Source: Octopus sinensis
Lineage: Eukaryota
DNA: 64,000 nt
Reading direction: 5' to 3'
Assembly: GCF_006345805.1 (NCBI RefSeq)
Contig: NC_043004.1
Coordinates: 30,194,001-30,258,000, forward strand
The notes under the pieces are model-generated. The model was not told the DNA's origin and did not search any database. It saw only the letters and a list, made by a program, of their open reading frames with translations. Below are positions 54,629 through 64,000 of the stretch, one piece after another. Both the position numbers and the translations under genes were made by a program. Position 1 is the first letter of the stretch. The number at the start of each line of letters is the position of its first letter.

Positions 54629-55281
54629 TTGATGATGATGATGATGATGATGATGGTGATAATGATGATGGTCATGATGGTGATGCTGTTGAGTAAAATA
54701 GTAAAACTGTTATATAATGTTATTTTCTTCTTCCATTATAATTCCATTCCAACCCCACCTCCTCAACCCACCCATGGCTGGTTGTTCTTGTTTAGCCTCA
54801 GGTAAAGAAACAAGCTGATGATCAAAAGAAAACGATAGCAGAGCCAATTTGACCATTCCTTCTTGATACAGAGAACTAAGACTATATTATTGACAGGTCC
54901 TAAGACTATGTTATTGATAAATCTTCAACAAAAGCACATATAGTTAGTATATGTTAGTGCTTTGTTAAGTCTGCTGTTGTGAGTTGAAGGTTTTGGTTAT
55001 GGTGGAAGAGTTGAAGATATACGAGACCAATTCTGTCACTGAAATAGTGCCAAAGTAGAAGTGATATACTTGAATTAAATGAAAGCAACTTTTCTTGATG
55101 GAAAAATAGAGTTGAACAACATCTGTAAACTGGATTTGGATGACATACATACATACATACATACATACATGCATACATACATACGTCCATCCATCCATAC
55201 AGACATTCATCCCATCCATCCATCCATCCATCCATCCATCCATCCATCCATCCAGCCAGCCAGCCAGCCAGCCATCCATCC

Positions 55282-55341
<60 letters not shown>

Positions 55342-55470
55342 GTCTGTCTGTCTGTGTGTCTGTCTGTGTTTCTGTCTGTCCGTCTGTGTGTCTGTCTGTG
55401 TGTCTGTGTGTCTGTGTGTCTGTGTGTCTATCTATCTATCTGTCTGTCTATCTATCTGTCTGTCTATCTA

Positions 55471-55523
55471 ACTAGCTTATTGCACATAGTAATACAGGCA
55501 ATACAGACTGTGTGTCTGCCTGC

Positions 55524-55596
<73 letters not shown>

Positions 55597-55607
55597 CATC
55601 TATCTAC

Positions 55608-55651
<44 letters not shown>

Positions 55652-55734
55652 TTATCTGTCTGTCTATCTATCTATCTATCTGTCTGTCTATCTAACTAGC
55701 TTATTGCACATAGCAATACAGGCAATACAGACTG
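55471..55734. repeat. 224-bp tandem duplication of a 40-nt unique block plus (TCTG)/(TCTA) microsatellite
   Basis: ACTAGCTTATTGCACATAGYAATACAGGCAATACAGACTG at 55471 and 55695. Confidence 0.9.
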
Positions 55735-56039
55735 CAGAGACATAACTGCTTTACAATTGGAGGAAAAAGAAAGTCTTAATCAGCTTGGTGGTGAAAAAAT
55801 ACCCTGAAATAAAATTTTTTTGAAGTAAAACCTCTTCTGGGAGAGACAGAGTTGCTGCTTTGAACAGTTCCAGTTGTGTCTGATAAGGGTTGGTTTATTC
55901 CTGTTTTCTGTTCACTAGTCAGAAAGTGAGGAAGCCCATGTTTCCAACACAAATTTTCTGGCATGAGGATACCAACTAAAAACTTCACTTTTCAATTTAA
56001 GAAGGGATCAAGTGAACTTTTTAGGATCCTTGTCCTCTG

Positions 56040-56075
<36 letters not shown>

Positions 56076-56132
56076 CATATCTATATATGTATGTGTGGGC
56101 ATACATGTGTATGTGTGTGTATGTATATAAGT

Positions 56133-56488
56133 GGAGGCGCAATGGCCCAGTGGTTAGGGCAGCGGACTCGCGATCACAGGATCGCGGTTTCGATTCCCAG
56201 ACCGGGCGTTGTGAGTGTTTATTGAGCAAAAACACCTAAAGCTCCACGAGGCTCCGGCAGGGGATGGTGGTGATCCCTGCTGTACTCTTTCACCACAACT
56301 TTCTCTCACTTTTACTTCCTGTTTCTGTTGTACCTGTATTTCAAAGGGCCGGCCTTGTCACTCTCTGTGTCACGTTGAATATCCCCGAGAACTACGTTAA
56401 GGGTACACGTGTCTGTGGAGTGCTCAGCCACTTACATGTTAATTTCACGAGCAGGAGCCCTCGTCGTCGTAACCGACAGAGTGCTTCC
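56133..56488 (+). mobile_element. tRNA-derived SINE with intact Pol III boxes
   Basis: A box TGGCCCAGTGG (56143), B box GGTTTCGATTCC (56186), anticodon-like hairpin CGCGATC/GATCGCG, then ~280-nt body. Confidence 0.85.
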
Positions 56489-56793
56489 ATGTATATAACA
56501 AAATAGAGTAGCAAAAAGCAGCATGGAATAAACTATATGCATGTGCAGTTTTTAACCCATTTGTATACACATTCATGTGGGAAGATTTTTTACTGTTGAA
56601 ATATTCTTCAGAGAAATTTATCATCATAGACAATATATGTAAAACACATTGGGCTATGAATAACACCATCATTACACATCATCAGCTTCAAAAACCAAAT
56701 CTATTCTTCACAGACCTATAAAAATGTTAGTTCTTATTATTAAAGAACAGCATATAGTAAAATTGCTGAACTGCATAAAGCTTGGTCAAGCTG

Positions 56794-56824
<31 letters not shown>

Positions 56825-57044
56825 GAGAGAGAGTGATTGATAGATAGACAGATAGATAGATGTCTTCCCTCCTATCCATTCAAGGAGGCACAAACACTTT
56901 CTCATACACATATACACACGATAGGGACTTCTGTCTACCAAATTCGATTACAAAGCAGAAGACACTTGCCCCAGGTGCAATGTGTGGGACTGAACCTGAA
57001 ACCATATGGTTGAGAAGCAACTTTCCTACCTCCACAGCCTTGTA

Positions 57045-57275
57045 TCATCATCATCATCATCATCGTTTAATGTCCGTTTTCCATGCTAGCATGGGTTGGA
57101 CGGTTCAACTGGGGTCTGGGAAGCCAGGAGGCTGCGCCAGGCCCAGTCTGACGCCAACCACTCCGAGAGTGTAGTGGGTGCTTTTTATGTGCCACCTGCA
57201 CAGGTACCAGACGAGGCTGGCAAACGGCCACGATCGGATGGTGCTTTTTACGTGCCACCGGCACGGGGGCCAGGA
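57045..57275 (-). mobile_element. RTE-type 3' tail element with ~40-nt internal deletion
   Basis: (CAT)n-CGTTTAATGTCCGTTTTCCATGCTAGCATGGGTTGG; lacks the GATCTGG...CCTA segment present in other copies. Confidence 0.85.
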
Positions 57276-57519
57276 GAATTGGTTTGAGGGTTGAAAATGT
57301 ACTTGGATTTTAAAATAAATTGTATTTCCTTCAAAATTAAAAAAATTTTTTATTAAAATATCATATTATTCTGAACAAGTGTATTTTTTTTTATGGTGAA
57401 TAAAAATACGATAAAATTTTAAAAGAAAGAGAATGCACAGGAAAAAAGTTCCAAGTCAAATGTTAAAAAGGTTTCATAGCAAAATTACATCATGGTAAAC
57501 AACAAAAATATGAACTTAC

Positions 57520-57675
57520 AGTGCTTTTCATCACTGTTGTCAAGTGATGCACAGTTTGGTATTTTATTGCACCTCAAAGAACTGTCAATGCAATATTGTG
57601 GGATATTCTCACATTCAGGGCTTCCACTGAGGGTACAGCCTTTTGCCCCTTGACAGAGAAATCCCATGCATGGAC
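57520..57675 (-). CDS. Coding exon (156 bp, phase 1-1), LDL-receptor class A-like module: GPCMGFLCQGAKGCTLSGSPECENIPQYCIDSSLRCNKIPNCASLDNSDEKH(C)
   Basis: Acceptor aaatatgtatttcag, donor GTAAGT. Contains the CI-x4-C-x5-C and SDE-x2-C LDLa signature. The final Cys codon is split T|GT across the intron. Confidence 0.9.
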
Positions 57676-57789
57676 CTGAAATACATATTTAAAGCTTCAA
57701 CTTAGAACTATTTGGACTCAGTAATGATTAATTATAATGGCAAACTTTTAGTGTATGATGTAGTCAATATAAAGCCTGCATGAATATAT

Positions 57790-58130
57790 TTTTATATACA
57801 TACACACACACATACATACATACATACATACATACATACATGCATGCATGCATACATACATACATACATACATACATACATACATACATACACACATACA
57901 CACATACATACATGCACACATACACACATACAGGCATACATACATACACACATACATACATATACATACATGCATACATACATATATACATATATACATA
58001 CACACACACATACAAACATATACATACATGCATACATACATATATACATACATACATACATACATACACACACATACATACATACATACGTACATACATA
58101 CATACATACATACATACATACATACATACA

Positions 58131-58160
<30 letters not shown>
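57790..58160. repeat. Long compound (TACA)/(CA) microsatellite; representative of many similar tracts ((TA)n 19670-19860 and 31530-31810, (CTAT/CTGT)n 20530-20830, (GAT)n 54480-54680, (GA)n 53050-53510)
   Basis: Directly visible simple repeats. Confidence 0.95.
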
Positions 58161-58161
<1 letters not shown>

Positions 58162-58506
58162 TAATCAAAGTATACTGTATTATGGATCCATTACAGTTGA
58201 TCTTACATATCAGTTTCACATTGTTTATTTGGTGATCAGACAATTATCTAATAACTGTGCTTGTCAGAGATGGCAGGTATGGAAAAAAATGGCCATTTAC
58301 CCCTCTAACTGGCATCTCGGATGAGCACAGGAATGATATAATCATCTGATTACTGAATATCTAGTGTATAAGCCAATTGGTAAGATCAGCTGTAATGGTT
58401 ATATAATACTGTATAGTTTGATTAATATACTCCACTCTATTGACAAATATATAAGTGCCTATATTCCTGAGATATGGATTCTTAGATTACACACACACAC
58501 ACATAC

Positions 58507-58553
<47 letters not shown>

Positions 58554-58554
58554 T

Positions 58555-58752
58555 GTTTTATAATTTTTTCACGCTCAGAGTTGCTGAAGCATGGAATAAA
58601 CTGCCTGCGTCAGTTGTTGACTGCCATGACACTGCATCCTTTAAGGCCCTCATGTTTTCCGAAATCTGCCGAAACTACACCTGATTATATATACACTTTA
58701 GATGAGTTGTAGTGCACCTGAGCACTGTACACAATTATTATTATTATTATTA
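58555..58752 (+). mobile_element. CR1/L2-type LINE 3' end
   Basis: NFFTLRVAEAWNKLPASVVDCHDTASFK, then short 3' UTR and (ATT)n tail. Confidence 0.8.
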
Positions 58753-59538
58753 TACACACACATACAAACACATGCACATATGCACGCATGTTGACCACAG
58801 CCTTTACCTTTGTACATTATTCTAGATATTAAACTTTACCCCCAACTCTAACCACCTCAATGAACTTATCCACTTTCACTTTTCCACCTCAGTCTACATT
58901 CTCTCATCTACTCACATGCTCTGACACCTCATGAGCAACCTCTCTACCTTCTTCCCAATTATCCCCATCCAATCTTATATAACGCAGCGTACCCATGTAT
59001 CTCTTCTCTAGCAAGACACCTGTACCTGTCCCTCAATCATATTTCAGTCTCTCAACACCTAGTATAAGGTTACCTCCTCCTCTACTAAAATCCCAGTTGG
59101 ATTCTTGCTTATTTCTTTGTCTTGTAAGTTATTTGCTGACCACAGTAGTGTCAATGTTATGAAAAAAAAAAAAAAGCACTAGTACACTCCATAAAGTAAA
59201 CTTGTAGGAGATAAAAACTTGTAGTTTGATAATTTGAATTACTATGCGAAGTGGAGATTGCAATGGTATGAGCTATTGTCATTAAAACAGAATAGGTTGA
59301 TAGAGAAGAGAGAATATATCCTAGTATGTGTTGGGTAATGAACAGACTATGTGGGTTGGCATAATACATCCACATATGGCTAGATAAAGCATAGGAAAAT
59401 AATACCCATTGCTATGTACTAGGCTTTAAAGTTTTTGCATAATGGATATTAGGAGAAAGAATAAATCCAGGTATTGTTGGGTAAAAGCTTTAACCAAAAT
59501 TTTTCTATCAAAATTTTCTGTTTAACAAAGATAAAGTA

Positions 59539-59815
59539 AACGTAAGGGGTATCAGCCATCTGAATGTGGCTAGCCACTGGGGGGAGGGGTTTGTTACTGA
59601 TGCTTTTAGCCCCAGGCGATCTACGTCACCAGAAGGACTTTAGACACTATCTCAGTGTCCTTGTGTTGGATGACCTCCCTTTGCAAACAACACAAGGACA
59701 CTGAGATAGTGTCTAAAGTCCTTCTGGTGACGTTGATCGCCTGGGGCTAAAAGCATCAGTAACCCCCCCCCCCCCAGTGGCTAGCCACATTCAGATGGCT
59801 GATACCCCTTACGTT
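59539..59815. mobile_element. 277-bp foldback (MITE-like) element: arms 130/128 bp, 19-nt loop
   Basis: 59539-59668 is the reverse complement of 59688-59815, apart from one substitution and differences in a G/C run. No clear TSD; a TA lies just inside each end. Confidence 0.85.
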
Positions 59816-59887
59816 GTCGAGCGGTTACTGTTTATATCTCGTTCAGAGATTTATTATTGTTTAAAGATAAAGGAGTTTCATATTTAC

Positions 59888-59967
59888 CATCTTCTGCTGT
59901 TTTAACAGCTGCCCATGCTAATTTAAAGCCACCGTCTTTTTTCTGATTGTCATGTCCAACAATAAAT
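59888..59967 (-). CDS. Internal coding exon (80 bp), end of a CUB-like domain: (R)FIVGHDNQKKDGGFKLAWAAVKTAED(G)
   Basis: Acceptor tttctatatttttacag (59968-59984), donor GTAAAT, stop-free frame. The phase 2 start/phase 1 end joins to exon 57675 as G+GT=Gly. GFKLxW resembles the last CUB beta-strand. Too short for the ORF track. Confidence 0.8.
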
Positions 59968-59984
59968 CTGTAAAAATATAGAAA

Positions 59985-60846
59985 TTACAATATTATGGCT
60001 CCAGTTTTAACTGTTTTATACATTATTCATTTTAAGAATAATCAGAGGATCAGAATGGAAATTGCAGATGTGTTACCAGTGCCGGTGGCATGTAAGAGAA
60101 CCTTCCGTTTCGCGACCGTTGCCAGCACCGCCCCGACTGGCTTCGTGCTGATGGCATGTAAAAAGCACCATCCGTTCGTGTCCGTTGCCAGCCTCGCCTG
60201 GCCCTCGTGCCGGTAGCACATAAAAAGCACCATCCGTTCGTGGCCGTTTGCCAGCTCTGTCTGGCACCTGTGCGGGTGGCACGTAAAAAGCACCCACTAC
60301 ACGCACGGAGTGGTTGGCGTTAGGAAGGGAATCCAGCTGTAGAAACACTCCCAGATCTGACTGGCCTGGTGCAGCCTTCAGGCTTCCCAGACCCCAGTTG
60401 AACCGTCCAACCCATGCTAGCATGGAAAACGGACTCTAAATGATGATGATGATGATGATGAAAATGCTGAAAGGAAATTTATGAGTGAGTGAATAACGTG
60501 ATGGGTTGATTGTTGCTTGAGAGGATTTATTGGAAGAGAAAGTTGCTTTGGTTAGGTCTCAACAGTATCACTATTGTTGGTCTCCATCTTTTTAGGAAAA
60601 TCTGAACCCAGCCATATGGGCTTACAATATTATGGCTCCAGTTTTAACTGTTTTATACATTATTCATTTTAAGATATATAAAACGCTAAAAGGAAATTTA
60701 TGAGTGAGTGAATAAAGTGATGGGTTGATTGTTGCTTGAGAGGATTTATTGGAAGAGAAAGTTGCTTTGGCTAGGCCTCAACAGTATCACTATTGTTGGT
60801 CTTCATCTTTTTAGGAAAATCTGAACCCAGCCATATGGGCTTACAA
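59985..60846. repeat. 219-bp tandem duplication; copy 1 (59985-60621) is interrupted by an RTE-tail insertion, copy 2 (60622-60840) is intact
   Basis: Direct alignment by eye gives about 6 substitutions over about 214 bp. Confidence 0.95.
60038..60460 (+). mobile_element. RTE-type 3' tail element with internal ~60-bp hairpin repeats and (GAT)n tail
   Basis: ...GTTGGCGTTAGGAAGGGAATCCAGC...AACCCATGCTAGCATGGAAAACGGACTCTAAATGATGATG. Close to the copy at 4638-5010. Confidence 0.85.
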
Positions 60847-61213
60847 AACAGTAATTAATTATTTAAGATTCTCTCTGGAGGTGAGAACTCAATGTAACTT
60901 ATTGTATTGTTCACTGCTGGATGAACAGAGATGGCAAAGTTAAATGTATTTGCTTTTTGTGATTAGACATCATCATCATCTCCAAAATCACCACCACTGC
61001 TGTTACCACTGCCGCTGCTACCGCCATCATCATCATTTCAACAACCACTTTTTCCATACTTGCATGAGTCATTTGATGTTTATTGAGTCTGATTGCCCTT
61101 CTTGCTACCAACCCTTACCTGCTTCCAAGCAAGGTAATATTTCCTAATGGTCAGATATTTGCAGAATATTGGAAATAAACATTACTGTATTTATGAACAG
61201 TAACACTCATTTA

Positions 61214-62500
61214 TGAGGGGTACCCCAAAGAAACCGGAATATTGCAATATAATTTTATCCACTTAGTTTTACATGTTTACACTATTACAACCTTCAAAGT
61301 ATTATCCATTTGAAGCAATGCATTGGTCTAGATGCATTTTCCACTGTTCAAAGCAGTCCTTGAGCTGTTGTGAAGTGATGCCTTTTAATGCCTCTGTTGT
61401 TTTCTTCATCTCTTCCACATCTGCAAAACGTTTTCTTTTAAGGACTTTTTCCATTTGGGGAAACAAAAAAAAAAAGCGTCACTGGGTGCAAGACCAAGTG
61501 AATAGGGAGGGTGGGTAAGTGGGGTCATGCCATTTTTGGTTAAAAACTATCTCACACTCAAGGTGGTGCGCACAGGTACATTGTCATGATGAAACAACCA
61601 CTCTCCACTTTGCCACAGTTCGAGGTATTGTCATCTCACTGTGTCTCACAAATGCTTCAGAACTTCCAAGTAAAATGTCTAGTTAACAAATTGACCAGGA
61701 GGAACAAATTCTATGTGGACAATTCCTTTTGTATCGATGAACAAAAAGGCATCGTCCTGATACTGTACTTAATTTGATGTACTTTTCTGTGGCATGATGC
61801 CATCAAATGCTTCCATTGACTTGATTGCTGCTTCATTTCTGGGTCGTAGCTATAGCACCAGCTTTCATCACCAGTGATGTTTTTTGAAAAAAGCCTTGAT
61901 CAACTTCCTACTGTTCTTTTAGTTCATGATATATATTCAATTGTGACTGCTTTTGATCTTCTGTGAGCAAGTGAGGCACAAATTTTGCTGCAACTCTTTT
62001 CATTCACAATTCTTCACCCCAAATTTGTTGGCAGGAGCTCCAGGACACACCAGTCATATCAACAAGTTCGTCAATTGTTTGGTGACAGTCTTCCAAGATG
62101 TTTTTATTCGTTCAGGATGTTGATGGTCACTCTGAATGAGGTTGGTATTCAAACAACAAGTGACCATCCCTAAAGCATGAAAACCACTTGTAAATTTGTG
62201 CTTTACTCATGGCAGTACCTTTGTAAGTTGTTTGAGGTTTGACAACTGTTTTGGCTGCCGTTTTCCCCAGCACGATACAGAATTTCACGGAAGCACATTG
62301 TTCCTTTGTTTCAACCATCACAAAAATTGACAAATAGGGGAAAATTATTGCAAAACAAAGACACACCATGTGACGACTTAACAGAACAACTCTGGTCAGC
62401 AGGCTTATACCTGAGGATTGCATCAAATGGCTTCCAGCAGCAAAAGCCTGAACTACAACAGGCCTGTCTCAAAGAGAATGTTTCAGTTACACCTTGTGTA
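61214..62500 (-). mobile_element. Decayed near-full-length mariner transposon (~1.3 kb)
   Basis: EQCASVKFC...GKTAAKT...WFSCFRDG (HTH), ITGDESWCYSYDPE (D1), FHHDN (D2), HPPYSLGLAPSD (third-D region). TA+TGAGGGG left terminus; right TIR unclear. Confidence 0.85.
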
Positions 62501-62643
62501 ACTATCGCACAATGTCAAGGCAAGGAGATACAAACATACACACAGATATATATAAATGTGTGTATGTATTTATATATATATATATATATACATTACATAC
62601 ATATATATGAATACATACATACATATATGTGTACAAATAGATA

Positions 62644-62706
<63 letters not shown>

Positions 62707-64000
62707 CATACATATATATGAATACATACATACATATATGTGTACAAATGTATATATATATTTGACTAGTTTCTATCAGTTTCCATCTAGCAAGTCACCT
62801 CAGAAAAGGTAACTTGGTAGATGGAAACTGCCCAATGTACCATGCAGTGGGACTGAACCCAGAACCATGTGGTTGGGAAGCAAACTTCTTAAACACACAA
62901 CAATGCCTGTACCTATAAACACAACCACCAAAACGACTTTATTGAGTGTTAAACATCTATATAGATATATTTTTTTTTGAAGAAGAAAATTCAAATCGTC
63001 TTCATTATGTCAGTTCACTTATTTATAGAAAAGTTGTCTGTCACTGACTAGTATCCTATCCAGGGTGATGTTTAACTCTCAGCCACTAAACACAAGTAAA
63101 CCTGGAGTTAAGAATTTGCCCTAGAGATCTTTTATCTTTTGTCTTTTCCTTGTTTCACTCATTAGACTGCAACCATGCACTACTTTGAAGAATTTTCATG
63201 TTGAATGTATCAACCCTGGGACCTATTTTTTAAAAGCCTAGTACTTATTATGTTGGTCTGTTTTGTCTAACCACTATGTTACAGGGATGTAAACATACCG
63301 TCACTGGTTGCCAAGTGGTGGTTGAGGTGGACACACACATACATCCCCACCCTCCCATATATATATATATGGCAGGCTTCTGGTCTGATACTATAGTGAA
63401 ACACACCTGCTCAAGGTGTCATGCGATCACATGGTAGGAAGCAAACTTCTTACCACACAGCCATATATATATATATATATATATATGGATATAATTTTTA
63501 AAAATAAGGTATTTTTAAAATGACATTTTGTTTATGTTTAGGTGAATAATTAGCAAAGAAAATTGCCATATATTAATAATTTATCATTATAAACAATGAT
63601 TATTATACCACAATCAGTTATATAAGAAATATAACTGATACAGGATTTGGTGTCATAAAACAGAAATTTGATATGTGATATTATATTATTAATATCATAT
63701 TTATTTTCTTTATTATACTATAACTTCATATAATATTACTTTTGGTGGTTGGAATAAAACTCAAAACACCATCTTTTATAATTGGTATTGATTTCTCACT
63801 TAGATATAAAAAAAACCAATATTCTATAAAGGAAGATTATAGCCTATTGATTGAATCAGACATCAGCATCATACTGGAAGAAAGTTTGTCTTATCAATTC
63901 TGGAGCAATGAAGATTTGAGCCAAGAATATAGACGTTCTAGGGAATATTTTAGTCTTCTAGCACACAACCATTTCTGCAACTTCCTTACTATAAAATATT

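Noticed and set aside
56133-56210. Possible tRNA gene
   Set aside because: It has A and B boxes but no clean acceptor stem or T-run terminator, and it continues into a SINE body.
58207-58389. 183-bp AG...GT candidate exon on the gene strand
   Set aside because: Stops in all three frames.
62590-62752. ~112-bp local duplication within TA/TACA repeats
   Set aside because: Low-complexity slippage product or assembly artefact.
1191-63000. Numerous ORFs of the HTHT, YIYI, MYVC, LSIY, poly-M/T/L type in the ORF track
   Set aside because: They are translations of microsatellites, with no splice or domain support.

Overview
AT-rich, microsatellite-saturated animal genomic DNA. The repeat repertoire (tRNA-derived SINEs, RTE LINE tails ending in (GAT)n, Penelope-like, R4/Dong-like, Gypsy and Tc1/mariner relics) resembles an octopus/coleoid cephalopod genome; this is an inference from pattern recognition, not a database result. 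One protein-coding gene is supported: the 3' part of a minus-strand type I membrane protein with a CUB-like C-terminal strand, an atypical 8-Cys LDLa module, a TM helix and a cytoplasmic tail. Its three exons (59888-59967, 57520-57675, 42908-43260) have canonical GT-AG sites and compatible phases, and its 5' exons are probably outside the window. Most listed ORFs are microsatellite or transposon artefacts. The notable features are RNA-structural: (i) a sense-oriented minimal type I hammerhead ribozyme about 1.46 kb downstream of the stop codon; (ii) a 128-bp zero-spacer palindrome encoding a hammerhead on each strand, inserted in (TA)n; (iii) a 277-bp foldback 72 nt from an exon donor; (iv) inverted RTE tails tightly bracketing the CUB-end and LDLa exons (a circRNA/ADAR-type layout); and (v) a 219-bp tandem duplication that preserves both the filled and the empty site of an RTE-tail insertion. 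TE coordinates are approximate unless termini are stated.
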